64,000 bases of DNA from an uncultured Phycisphaerales bacterium. Lineage in GTDB: Bacteria; Planctomycetota; Phycisphaerae; Tepidisphaerales; Tepidisphaeraceae. Made by a program: the position numbers and the translations under genes. Below are positions 1 to 10,060 of the stretch, piece by piece (position 1 is the first letter of the stretch; the number at the start of each line of letters is the position of its first letter). The stretch spans positions 224,001 through 288,000 of the forward strand of contig CAVWVQ010000005.1 of NCBI GenBank assembly GCA_963758525.1. The letters run 5' to 3'. The notes under the pieces are model-generated. The model saw nothing but the letters and a program-made list of their open reading frames with translations, made no database searches and was not told the DNA's origin.

Positions 1-1416
1 GCAGGGTCGCATCCGCCGAATCACCAACGATCATTCCTACACGGGAGTGCAGGTGAAACTCGGGCTGATCACGGTGCAGGACGCCGCGTCGAGCCAGTTG
101 CGATCGGTTCTGACGCGGACGGTGGGGCAGGATCCGTTCGTCCGCCTCGACTATCACACGGTCACGGTCACGCAGGGGGATTACCTGGTCCAATGCACCG
201 ACGGGCTATGGTGCTTCGTGACCGATGGTGAAATCTACGATCTGGTGACCAAGAGACCGCCCGAGCAGGCGTGCAAGGAATTGATAGAGCTTGCTGTCCG
301 GCGCGGCGGCGATGATAACCTCACCATTCAAATCGTCCGCGTCGAGAGCGTCGAGCGGCTGAGCTACTACCGGGGACTTCCTACTTATTCGAAGGTCGAG
401 AGTGCGGTTATGGGACATGATCTGGAACCCGGGCAGGTTCTCGATGATCGCTTCGAGATCACCGACCTGGTCGCCAAGAGCGGCATGGCATCCATCTTCC
501 GTGCGACCGACCGAAAAACCGGGCGCGTGGTGGCGCTCAAGGTGCCGTTCATGCATCTGGAGAGCGACCCGGGATTCTTTTCCCGCTTCCAGCGTGAAGC
601 GGAGATCGGCAAGCGGCTGGACCATCCGTACATTCTCAAATTTGAAACCGACGGCGACGAATCGCGCAGCCGTCCCTACATCGTGATGGAATATCTGGAG
701 GGCCAGACGCTGGGGCATCTGATGCGCAGTGTCCGCCCGATGCCCACGACCGACGCGCTGCGCATCGCCAGCCGGGTGTGCGAGGCGCTTCACTATATGC
801 ACGAGCACGAAGTCGTGCATCGCGATCTGAAGCCGGAAAACATCATGATCTGCAATGACGGAAGCATCCGCATCATGGACTTTGGGATCGCCAAATACGA
901 AGGAATGCGCCGCCTGACCTTCGGCGGCTTTACGCCCGCGATGGGAACGCCCGACTACATGGCCCCCGAGCAGGTCAAGGGGCGCCGCGGCGATCAGCGG
1001 ACCGACATTTACAGCCTGGGGGCGATTCTCTACGAGATGGTCACCGGCTCAGTGCCCTTTGAGGGCGCCAACCCGTTCATCATCATGAACGCGCGATTGA
1101 GCGGCGACCCGATCGCGCCGCGCATGCGCAACCCGGAGCTGAGCCCGCAGGTCGAGGAGATCATTCTCCACGCGATGGCGCCAATCCGCACGACCGCTAT
1201 CACTCTGCCATGGAGATGAAGAACGATCTCGATGCCCCCGATCAGGTGCAGGTCACCGGCCGAGCCCAGCGACTGCAGACGCCTAAGCTGTGGCGCACCC
1301 GCTGGCGCCAATTTCGGGTGTTCATCATTACCCTGGGAATTCCCGCCATCGGCCTCGGCGGTTATTTTATCGTGAAGGCGATTCACTACATCGCCGGGCA
1401 TCTCCACTGGCAGTAG
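1..1416 (+). CDS. Bifunctional PP2C phosphatase / Ser-Thr protein kinase with C-terminal TM segment (5'-partial; frameshift ~1180)
   Basis: PP2C motifs TNDHS, CTDGLW, GGDDNLT; Hanks kinase motifs VALK, HRDLKPEN, DFGIA, GTPDYMAPEQ. A 1-nt shift restores NPHDRYHSAMEMKNDL and joins ORF 1210-1416. Confidence 0.88.
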
Positions 1417-1436
1417 TTCGAAGTGATCTTGCCTTA

Positions 1437-2714
1437 CTACACCGCCATCAGAACCCGTCGATCTCCGTGTAGGGCGGGATTTATCCCGCCGCTCCCTGGC
1501 GTGTCGGTCCGGGTGAAAGCGAAGAACCGTTTCAACCGCAGAAAGTGCTTCTCGAAGAGGTGCCAGCTCACATACGCTGCGCCGAAAGTCGCCGCGATGA
1601 GGATGAGACAATTGACTGCGTCATTGGCTCGCAGAAACCGATCCGGCAACGGGTGGGCCGGAAGTCTCAGGAGTTTTTCAAGCAGGCTGCGAACGATGAA
1701 TTGCAGGACGTACATGCCGTAGCTGTATTTCCCGATGGTTCGCAGCATCGGCGATTCCAGCGCACGGCGCACCCGGTTCTCGCCGGCGGGGCGGGAGACG
1801 ATCGCAATCAGGCACGCATACGCACATGTCGCCAACGGAAGCGCCAGCAGTTGCAGGTATGGTAGGGGGGAAGTGCGATATTGCCGCAAGCCGAAAAGCA
1901 GGGCCGCGCCGCCGGAAATCAGTCCAATGAGTTTCAGGCGCGTTGCGAGAACGCCCAGATCATTTCCACCGCGAAGCGTCAGCGCCACCAGCGCTCCAGC
2001 GGCGAGCGCGTCCATCCGGCACAGCGTCAGCACGTAGGCGGCCACTGAATTGTCCGCAAAGACACAATAGATCCGGCAGATTGTCGCCAGGAATATGCAC
2101 GCGATCGAAACCCCAATCGCCTGTCGCCTGCTGCAAAAGCAAATGACCGCCGGCCACAGCAGATAGAAATGCTCTTCCACAGCGAGCGACCAGTAGATGC
2201 CAAACCATCCGCGCGGCACTTCGTGAAATAATGAATGGCGGACGTTTGAAAGATACAGCCACCACCACCAGGTGTGACCGGTCGGAAGCTCGCTGCGGAA
2301 CAGTCCAAGCCTGGGAACAACCAGTGTGCCGACGAATAGAATTCCGTAGTAGAGCGGGAAGATGCGCAGTGCGCGGCGGGCATAGAAGTTTCGGAAATAA
2401 TGGGCCGAGCCCCTGGCGTCGAGCAGAATGCCGGTGATCAGAAAGCCTGACAGAACAAAAAACAGATCGACGCCCGAGCAGCCGAACGTCCAGAGGTTGT
2501 TGATGAGGTTTCCCGCAAGCGATGCCGTCGGCCGCGGCGGCATAAAGTGAAACAGGAGCACCATCAGGATCGCAATTCCCCGCAGTCCATCGAGCGACTT
2601 GATATGCCCGCCGGGCTCGCTGCGCCGCAGTCGCTGCCCGGATGCAATAATCGATGGACGAGGAATTGTTGCTACGCCGCGGAGCTGGATGTCAGACATG
2701 CTAGTCGGCGTCAT
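1437..2714 (-). CDS. Acyltransferase family 3 (OafA-like) membrane O-acyltransferase
   Basis: SLDGLRGIAIL, GVDLFFVLSGFLI, RRALRIFPLYY, YWSLAVEEHFY motifs; many TM segments. Confidence 0.92.
   Translation of the reverse strand: MTPTSMSDIQLRGVATIPRPSIIASGQRLRRSEPGGHIKSLDGLRGIAILMVLLFHFMPPRPTASLAGNLINNLWTFGCSGVDLFFVLSGFLITGILLDARGSAHYFRNFYARRALRIFPLYYGILFVGTLVVPRLGLFRSELPTGHTWWWWLYLSNVRHSLFHEVPRGWFGIYWSLAVEEHFYLLWPAVICFCSRRQAIGVSIACIFLATICRIYCVFADNSVAAYVLTLCRMDALAAGALVALTLRGGNDLGVLATRLKLIGLISGGAALLFGLRQYRTSPLPYLQLLALPLATCAYACLIAIVSRPAGENRVRRALESPMLRTIGKYSYGMYVLQFIVRSLLEKLLRLPAHPLPDRFLRANDAVNCLILIAATFGAAYVSWHLFEKHFLRLKRFFAFTRTDTPGSGGINPALHGDRRVLMAV
1469..1492. repeat. GTAG-type REP palindrome (single copy, inside 3' end of the acyltransferase ORF)
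   Basis: GTAGGGCGGGATTTATCCCGCCGC, one mismatch to the copies at 17432-17500. Confidence 0.75.
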
Positions 2715-2837
2715 CGACCGATCAGCGCGATGACTTCACTCAAAACTCGAGCGGCTTACACGCAATAATGCATCAGCGGATTTATGCGCGAATTAGGCAA
2801 CATCGCGAGATCATATCCGGTTGGGTACAATCCAATT

Positions 2838-3425
2838 GTGCTTCGGTCATCGATCAATGAAACGCTGCTGGATCGGATGGTGCGGGCCGTGGAACAGGTC
2901 AGGGAAAGATTGCTGCGCGCCACGGCCGCCCTGGAATCGGCAGGATTGGAGTACGCTGTCGCCGGCGGCAACGCCGTGGCTGCCTGGGTTGCGACCGTGG
3001 ACGCGGCGGCGGTCCGCAATACTCAGGATGTAGGCATCCTGCTTCGACGGCGCGACCTTGAAGCGGCCGGGCGATCGCAGAACGCTGGTTTCGTTCCACG
3101 TCATGTCGCGGGGGTCGACATGTTTTTGGACGGGCCGCATGCAAGCGCGCGCGATGCCGTTCACGTCGTGCTTGCCGGCGAGAAGGTTCGGCAGGAATAC
3201 ACCGCGCCGGCGCCGGATGTGACCGAGGCGCAGAAGCTCGATCAATTCAAGGTGCTCTCGCTGGACGCGCTCGTTCGGATGAAACTGACTTCGTTCTGTC
3301 GCAAGGACCAGGTCCATCTCCAGGATATGCTCGACATCGGGCTGATTGACTCGACATGGCTTGCGCGTCTGCCCGTCGAATTGGCGCCGAGGCTGCAGCA
3401 CCTGATTGACACGCCGCAGGGCTAG
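2838..3425 (+). CDS. Nucleotidyltransferase-fold hypothetical protein
   Basis: YAVAGGNAV...RNTQDV and LVRMKL...RKDQVHL motifs; in-frame GTG 6 nt after TACAAT. Confidence 0.65.
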   Translation: MLRSSINETLLDRMVRAVEQVRERLLRATAALESAGLEYAVAGGNAVAAWVATVDAAAVRNTQDVGILLRRRDLEAAGRSQNAGFVPRHVAGVDMFLDGPHASARDAVHVVLAGEKVRQEYTAPAPDVTEAQKLDQFKVLSLDALVRMKLTSFCRKDQVHLQDMLDIGLIDSTWLARLPVELAPRLQHLIDTPQG

Positions 3426-3563
3426 AAACGCCATTTTGCAAAGCGTTGCCAGGGCATTTCTCGAGTCCTGCTGACTACATGATCTTTTAGCGAGCGTCGC
3501 AGACGCTTCGGCACGTTGTGGTCGAACAGAACTCTCACAGCGATCTGTCCGGTGTCGAGCATG

Positions 3564-4970
3564 TTAGAGCACTCCCGCCATTCCGGTTTCGATTGGTTGA
3601 GTGACGAACTCCCGAGGATCGGTCACATGACCGGTCAGGGCGCTGGCGGCCACGGTTAAGGGCGATGCAAGATAAACCGCGGACTTGGTGCTGCCCATCC
3701 GTCCGGGGAAATTGCGGTTGGTGGTGCTGATGCAGACCTCGGCGCTGTTGAGCCGGCCAAACGTATCGGCGGGGCCGCCGAGGCAGGCGCTGCACCCGCT
3801 GGGGCCGACCAGACAGCCGGCGTCGATCAGGATGTCTTCGATGCTCTTTTCGTTGATGTCCTTCTCGACGCCGCGGATGTTGAGGCGCTTCATGTCGGCG
3901 TGGACTTCCGTGCTGCCGGGGACGACGAAGGTTGGCAGCTTCACATGATTTCCCTTGAGGATGCTGGCGGCAAAAATCATGTCGGTGATCTTGCCGCCGG
4001 TGCAGGAGCCGATGTAGGCGCGATCGAGCTTCACATCGCGGCAGTTATGCGCCGTGTCTTTATTATCCGGAGAGTGCGGCTTGGCGACCAGCGGCTCCAT
4101 CGTGCTGAGATCCCATTCATATTCGCTGAAATATTGAGCGTTCTCGTCGTCGGCAAAGACCTCCCACGCCGGGACGTTGCTGCGATTGCGGACGTATTGC
4201 AGCGTCTTCTCGTCGACGTCGCAGACTCCATTTTTGCCGCCAGCTTCGATGGCCATGTTGGTCAGCGTCATGCGGTCTTCAAGAGTGAGAGACCCGACGC
4301 CATCGCCGGCAAAATACATCGCGCGATACGTCGCCCCATCGACTCCGATGGCGCCGATCACCGCCAGGATCAGGTCCTTGGCGGTGAGGTAGGGGGGAAT
4401 CTGGCCATGAAACGTGAACTTCATCGTGGGAGGAACTTTCAGCCAGGTTTTCCCGGTCCCGAGCACGAAAGCGGCATCGGTATTGCCGACGCCCGTGGCG
4501 AATTGTCCGAACGCTCCCGCGGTGCATGTGTGACTGTCGGTCCCCAGGAGAATCTCGCCGGGGCGGACGTGCCCCTCTTCCGGCAGAGCCTTATGGCAGA
4601 CGCCCTTGTAGTTTGTCTTGGTCGGGTCCTTATACGGATTGGGCATCCCAGGCTCGTTGCGCACGAACTCAGGATCGTAGTAATACCGCAGTCCCTGCTC
4701 GCGGGCGAAATCGCGGAGCACCTGGACGTTTCGATGGCATTTTTCGTCAGCGGTGAAGATGTAATGATCCGGAATGATCACCACCTTGTCGGGCGACCAA
4801 ACCTTGGCCTGACGACCGAATTTGTCGTGAAAAATGCCGATGGTGCCCGGGCCGCAGATGTCGTGGGTCATGAGGACATCGACGTTGACCCAGACATTTT
4901 CTCCGGGGGCAACGTGCGTCTTGCCGGAATGCTTGGCAAGGATCTTCTCGGTGGTGGTCATCGCGGCCAT
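3564..4970 (-). CDS. leuC: 3-isopropylmalate dehydratase large subunit
   Basis: PDH, GTDSHTCTAG, YIGSCTGG, CSACLG, STTNRNFPGRMG; GGAG RBS before MAAMTTTEKIL. Confidence 0.9.
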   Translation of the reverse strand: MAAMTTTEKILAKHSGKTHVAPGENVWVNVDVLMTHDICGPGTIGIFHDKFGRQAKVWSPDKVVIIPDHYIFTADEKCHRNVQVLRDFAREQGLRYYYDPEFVRNEPGMPNPYKDPTKTNYKGVCHKALPEEGHVRPGEILLGTDSHTCTAGAFGQFATGVGNTDAAFVLGTGKTWLKVPPTMKFTFHGQIPPYLTAKDLILAVIGAIGVDGATYRAMYFAGDGVGSLTLEDRMTLTNMAIEAGGKNGVCDVDEKTLQYVRNRSNVPAWEVFADDENAQYFSEYEWDLSTMEPLVAKPHSPDNKDTAHNCRDVKLDRAYIGSCTGGKITDMIFAASILKGNHVKLPTFVVPGSTEVHADMKRLNIRGVEKDINEKSIEDILIDAGCLVGPSGCSACLGGPADTFGRLNSAEVCISTTNRNFPGRMGSTKSAVYLASPLTVAASALTGHVTDPREFVTQPIETGMAGVL

Positions 4971-5110
4971 GGTTCGCTCCTGTGAACAAAAAATCGAAGT
5001 CCCTAAGTATAGCGGTTCGCGGGCGTCCTGGGCAAAGGCGTCGCAACGGACAGAGCTGCGAAAGCGCACCGCGCGGCCGATCCGCTCCAAAGGGACCGGG
5101 AAATGCAGAG

Positions 5111-5146
5111 CACGAATCGACACGAATTCGCACGAATCTTCACGAA
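5111..5146 (+). repeat. 4 x 10-bp tandem repeat with CACGAA core
   Basis: CACGAATCGA CACGAATTCG CACGAATCTT CACGAA in the intergenic region. Confidence 0.8.
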
Positions 5147-5160
5147 GCAGATTATCCGGT

Positions 5161-6021
5161 TCACAGCGTCAATTCGCGATAGGTCTTCCATCGGTATCCG
5201 CTGCCGATGTTGATGGCATGGAGGTGTCCAATGCGCGCCTCGACGGGGAGATGGCTGTGGCCGCAAAAGACGGTTGTGACGTTTGGATACTGCAGCAGAA
5301 GAGCGCCGATCTTCTCGCTGCCGAGATAGGCTTTGGTGAAGTCCCACAAAGCGCGGTGGGAGGAAGGGCACAGCGACGCGAAGGGGAGATGATGAACGGC
5401 CGCGACGACCTGCTTCGCGCGGGAAACTCGGCTGAGATTTGCCGCAAGCTGTGCCAGCCGTTCCTCGAGGAATGCTTCGTCACTCATGCCGAGCTTGACG
5501 TACCGGCCGTCGTTCCAGCGAGCGACGACGTCTCTGCCGGCAGGGCTGATGTCATCCCTCTCTTGAAACAGATCGGCCATCTCAGGCAATCGCTGGGCCG
5601 CTCCCGGCGAAATCTTGCGGGCATAAAAACGTCGCGGAATTCCCAGGGAGTCGACGGCAAAGGAGTAGTCGTACCAGCCGATCGTGCCGACGATGGCAAC
5701 GTCGTCGGCAAGGAAGGGATCGGTTTCGAGCCACTTCCAGCCGAGCCCCCGCACGCGCGCCGGAAGATCTTCCATGAACAATTGGTAACTGTCGAGCCCG
5801 GCGGTCCACAATTCGTGATTACCGGCCACGAAGAGTTTCGGACCAGCGAAATGAAATCGCTCCAGACAGCGCTCCAGCGCGTCGCCGTCGGCCGCGGCGG
5901 AATCCCCGACCACCAGCAGCACGTCGCCGCCGGCGGCGTTGATTCGTTCGATCACCTCGTCGGCCAGCGGTCGGCTGTGCGCGTGGTTGTAGTGGAGATC
6001 CGCAGTGACAAGAAGACGCAT
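5161..6021 (-). CDS. Calcineurin-like metallophosphoesterase
   Basis: ADLH, VGD, AGNHE, HHLP, GHSH motifs. Confidence 0.9.
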   Translation of the reverse strand: MRLLVTADLHYNHAHSRPLADEVIERINAAGGDVLLVVGDSAAADGDALERCLERFHFAGPKLFVAGNHELWTAGLDSYQLFMEDLPARVRGLGWKWLETDPFLADDVAIVGTIGWYDYSFAVDSLGIPRRFYARKISPGAAQRLPEMADLFQERDDISPAGRDVVARWNDGRYVKLGMSDEAFLEERLAQLAANLSRVSRAKQVVAAVHHLPFASLCPSSHRALWDFTKAYLGSEKIGALLLQYPNVTTVFCGHSHLPVEARIGHLHAINIGSGYRWKTYRELTL

Positions 6022-6048
6022 GAAAGAATATTAGGAGAGGCAGCGTTG

Positions 6049-6306
6049 GGGAAGGCACCAAGGGAAGGCACCAAGGGAAGGCACGAAGGCACAAAGGCAC
6101 GGAGGCACGAAGGGTAAGGAATTGAGTAATAGGAGATGGGCGATTCGAAGCGATCGAACCCCCGCAATTCGCCGGCGGTCGAGCCGTCGAGGGTCTTCGG
6201 ACAAAGACGCGAACGAAGACGAAGGAACACGATCCAAAAAACGCTGCCGCGCAGCGTCCTTCCCTTCGTGCCTTCGTGCCTTCGTGCCTCCGTGCCTCCG
6301 TGCCTC
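6049..6306. repeat. Inverted pair of GGCACG(A/G)A octamer tandem arrays
   Basis: 6049-6114 GAAGGCAC... array; 6262-6306 is a reverse-complement array; both end GGCACGAAGGG. Confidence 0.8.
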
Positions 6307-6340
6307 TCTCCCTCCCCGCGTTTCTGCTATAACTTGCTGC

Positions 6341-7078
6341 ATGGCGCCGTTGGTGATTGAGGGAGTCCGCAAGGAGTTTCGGCAAGGGGATCGGGGAGTC
6401 TCCGCGCTGGCGGGCGTGAGCCTGGAGGTGCAGGCGGGGCAGTTTCTTGCGGTCATGGGAGCCAGCGGATCGGGAAAGAGCACGCTGCTCCATTTGATGG
6501 CGGGGCTGACCAAAGCGGATGCCGGAAGGGTGATCGTCGACGGCACCGATCTCACGACGCTCAACGATCGCGATCTGACGCTGTTTCGCCGCCGAAAGAT
6601 CGGACTCGTTTTTCAGGCGTTTAATCTGATTCCGACGCTGTCGGCCGAGGAAAACCTGGCGCTGCCGCTGATGCTTGAGGGACGCAATGGATCGGAAAGC
6701 CGGGCCAAGGTGGACGCACTGCTCGACAGCCTGGGACTGCGCCAGCGTCGCACCCATCGGCCCGACGCGATGAGCGGCGGCGAGCAGCAGCGCGTCGCGA
6801 TCGGCAGGGCGCTGGTGACCGACCCCTCTGTGATTCTCGCCGACGAGCCGACCGGCAATCTCGACTCGGGCAACAGCAAAGCCGTCTGCGAATTGCTGCG
6901 CGATCTATCGACGGTTCAGGGCAAAACGATCGTGATGGTGACCCACGAGCCGTCGGTTGCTGCATATGCTCAGGAGGTAGCCGTGCTGAAAGATGGACTC
7001 CTGGTCGAACGATTCGCCATCGACGAAGCCGACGGAAGGCAAGGCTTGGCCGCGCGCTACCAGGAGAGTTTGAAGTGA
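6341..7078 (+). CDS. ABC transporter ATP-binding protein (LolD/MacB-like)
   Basis: [38 protein letters not shown]. Confidence 0.93.
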   Translation: MAPLVIEGVRKEFRQGDRGVSALAGVSLEVQAGQFLAVMGASGSGKSTLLHLMAGLTKADAGRVIVDGTDLTTLNDRDLTLFRRRKIGLVFQAFNLIPTLSAEENLALPLMLEGRNGSESRAKVDALLDSLGLRQRRTHRPDAMSGGEQQRVAIGRALVTDPSVILADEPTGNLDSGNSKAVCELLRDLSTVQGKTIVMVTHEPSVAAYAQEVAVLKDGLLVERFAIDEADGRQGLAARYQESLK

Positions 7079-7343
7079 GCGGGGAACGCCCAAAGGCACG
7101 GAGGGACGACTGGGAAAGCACGAAGCACGGAAGGAAGCGACGATGCACGGAGTACGAAGCTTCCTCCAGGAAAGTGGAAGTGCATCAGTCGTGCGGCGCC
7201 AGGCTCGCCAACTGCGCGGCCGTAGCTTGCCCTTCGCGGAGCGAAATGAAGAACCACGTCAACCCGCACGCCCCCGCGCTTTGGGTTCTATTCCATCCCC
7301 GCGTCGCAATCGCGTCAGTCCACGGAATTTCCTCTGATTGAAA

Positions 7344-10010
7344 ATGAAGCTTCTCATTCGTCTCACGCTCGCATCGCTCAACGCCCGCCGGACCCGGGCG
7401 GTGCTCACCATCCTTGCGGTTGCGCTTTCCGTGAGCCTGGTGGTCGCGGTCACGGGAGGGTATGCATCGGCCCGGTCGGCGTTCCGAGTCTATCTGGATC
7501 GATATCTCGGGCCGATTGATATCCTCATCAGCAAGCAGAACGATCCGCGCGGCACAATCTCCGAAGACGTCGGGAACGCGCTCCGCGGCGACCCGCGCGT
7601 ACGCGGTCTGGCTGCGCGTCTGGAACTGCAGAACGGGCTGCTCAAAGACGTCGATGGGAAAGAGGAAGCCGCGAGAGTGGCGTCGATCGTCGGCATGGAT
7701 TGGCCCGGCGATCTGCTCGCAAAGAACCTGCAGATGGTTGACGGAAAATGGTTCGACGGAACGGATGGTGACTTTGTGGTGGTGGATCAGAGCACCGCCG
7801 AGCAATTGAAAGTCTCACCCGGCCAGACGCTGGTCCTGCCTGGACTCGGCAAGCGATTGACGCTGACCGTTGTCGGGGTCGTACATAAGCCGGCAATCAT
7901 CGTCGAGGGCCGGCCGGTGTTGTATGTGCCGCTCAGGACGCTGCAGCGATTCACAAACCTGCCCGGCCGGGTGAGCAGGGTGCTGGTGGCACTGGCGCGG
8001 GGAGTCGACGTCAACGCCTTTGAAAGCGAATGGACGCCGAGGCTGGAGAAAATCAGCCCGGGCGTCCGAATGAAGTCGTCGGCGGAGACGAAGAAGCAGC
8101 TCGACAGTCAGTTGGAGCTGCTCGATCTGCTCAGCTACGCCGGCGGCACCGTCTCGATGCTGACCGCGACGTTTATCGTCTTCTCCGCGCTCAGCATGGG
8201 AGTTCTCGAGCGCCAGCGCACCCTCGCGATGCTCCGGGCGGTCGGCGCGCTCAAGTCGCACGTCGCTGCTCTGGTGCTGATCGAGGGGATTCTGCTGGCG
8301 GGGGCCGGCGCGTTGATCGGCGTGCCGCTCGGACTGCTGTTCGTTTTCATTTTGACGATGACCTTCGGCGACTTTTTCGTCACGGGCGTCGTCCTCAGTT
8401 GGGGAGGAATCTTCCTGGGAGTTGGGGGATCGCTCGCGGCGGCGCTGCTGGCGAGCCTTCTGCCGGCATGGACCGCGTCCCGCGTGAGTCCGCTGGACGC
8501 GATGACCCCGCAGTCTTCTCCGCCGCGAGCGCACAGCTGGATCGCCTGCGCGGCAGCGGGCGCGATCCTCGCATCGGTCGATCCGTTCATCTTCTTTGGT
8601 CCGCTTCCGCGGATTGTGGCTGCACTGGGCGTGCAGAACCCTTTGGCCACGACGCAGACGATTCGCTTTATCGCGCATTTCGCGCTGGGTTTGCCAACGC
8701 TGCTGACGGGCCTGTTTCTCATGTCGCCGGCAATCGTCTGGCTTGTCGAACGACTTGTCGGGCGGCTCGTGGCCGGGATCTTCGGGGTGCGCTTCGCGAT
8801 GCTGCGCCAGCAACTCAGCAGCGGGATCTGGCGGGCCGCGGGAACCTGCACGGCAATGATGGTCGGCCTTGCCACGCTGATCGTGCTGCAGATTCAGGGA
8901 AACAGCGCGCTAGGCGGCTGGAAACTTCCCGACAAGTTTCCCGACATCTTCATCGCCACCAACATGCTTGGAGGCATTCCGATGGAAGAGGTCGCGAAGC
9001 TCGACGACATCGATGGTATCAAGCGCGGGCAAGTGATGCCGATTGCGATCGCAACGCCGGGCCTGGCGCACGGATTCTTCGGGCTTGCCGAGGCGATGAT
9101 CATGCCGGATGCGACCATGTTTTTCGGGATCGATCCGGATCGCGGATTCAATCTGATGGCCCTGGACTTCCGGGAAGGGAACGCCCAGGACGCGCAACGC
9201 CAGCTCAAGCAGGGCCGGCATCTGCTGGTGACGGAGGAATTTCGCAAGATCAAGGGACTGCACGTAGGCAACACGCTCATGCTCAGGACAGATCATGGGC
9301 CGCAGGACTACACCATCGCCGGCGTGATCTGGTCGCCGGGAATCGACGTGCTGGTCAGCGTGTATGACATGGGCAATGCGATGGACCAGCGCACCGCCGC
9401 CAGTGTCTTCGGCACGCTGACCGACGCGAAGCGCGACTTTGGCGTCGATCGTTATTCACTTGTCGTGGCAAATCTGCAATATGGGGCTGACAAGGCCGAC
9501 GTGCTGAAGAAAGTGCAGAAGGAATTGAAGCTGCAGGGTCTTCGCGCCGGCGACGTGCGGCCGCTGAAGTACAAGATTGAAACCGAAGCGCGTAAGATCA
9601 TCCTGATGATCAGCTCCGTTGCCTTTGCGGCAATGGGCATCGCTTCGCTGGGCGTGACGAACACGATCATGGCCAGCGTTCGCAGCCGGCGCTGGCAGTT
9701 TGGAATTCTCCGCAGCGTCGGCGTCACCCGCGGAGCGCTGTTGCGGCTGGTGATGGCTGAAGCGGCGCTGCTGGGAATCGTGGCATGCGCCATGGGCGTT
9801 GGCGCCGGTTTGCTGATGGGAATGGACGCGCATGCGCTCTCGGCGGACGTCACCGGCTACGACCCCCCAGTCAGCAGGCCTTGGGGCATTATCCTGATTG
9901 GAGTGGCCGCCGTGCTGGTCATCTCGCTGGCTGCCAGCGTGGGCCCCGCGGTGCAGGTTGCCGTCGCCGAGCCCCTGACATTGCTGCAGGCAGGAAGGTC
10001 CTCCGCGTAG
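7344..10010 (+). CDS. FtsX/MacB-type ABC transporter permease (duplicated)
   Basis: Two FtsX-like repeats (ERQRTLAMLRAVG; RRWQFGILRSVG), periplasmic loops, follows the ATPase. Confidence 0.88.
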   Translation: MKLLIRLTLASLNARRTRAVLTILAVALSVSLVVAVTGGYASARSAFRVYLDRYLGPIDILISKQNDPRGTISEDVGNALRGDPRVRGLAARLELQNGLLKDVDGKEEAARVASIVGMDWPGDLLAKNLQMVDGKWFDGTDGDFVVVDQSTAEQLKVSPGQTLVLPGLGKRLTLTVVGVVHKPAIIVEGRPVLYVPLRTLQRFTNLPGRVSRVLVALARGVDVNAFESEWTPRLEKISPGVRMKSSAETKKQLDSQLELLDLLSYAGGTVSMLTATFIVFSALSMGVLERQRTLAMLRAVGALKSHVAALVLIEGILLAGAGALIGVPLGLLFVFILTMTFGDFFVTGVVLSWGGIFLGVGGSLAAALLASLLPAWTASRVSPLDAMTPQSSPPRAHSWIACAAAGAILASVDPFIFFGPLPRIVAALGVQNPLATTQTIRFIAHFALGLPTLLTGLFLMSPAIVWLVERLVGRLVAGIFGVRFAMLRQQLSSGIWRAAGTCTAMMVGLATLIVLQIQGNSALGGWKLPDKFPDIFIATNMLGGIPMEEVAKLDDIDGIKRGQVMPIAIATPGLAHGFFGLAEAMIMPDATMFFGIDPDRGFNLMALDFREGNAQDAQRQLKQGRHLLVTEEFRKIKGLHVGNTLMLRTDHGPQDYTIAGVIWSPGIDVLVSVYDMGNAMDQRTAASVFGTLTDAKRDFGVDRYSLVVANLQYGADKADVLKKVQKELKLQGLRAGDVRPLKYKIETEARKIILMISSVAFAAMGIASLGVTNTIMASVRSRRWQFGILRSVGVTRGALLRLVMAEAALLGIVACAMGVGAGLLMGMDAHALSADVTGYDPPVSRPWGIILIGVAAVLVISLAASVGPAVQVAVAEPLTLLQAGRSSA

Positions 10011-10060
10011 CTGCGGGTGAACGCCTCTGGAATGAATTTGTTGAATGCTTGCGTAACATA

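Noticed and set aside
5111..7160. Tandem repeats as a CRISPR array
   Set aside because: Units are 8-12 bp with no unique spacers, and there are no cas genes
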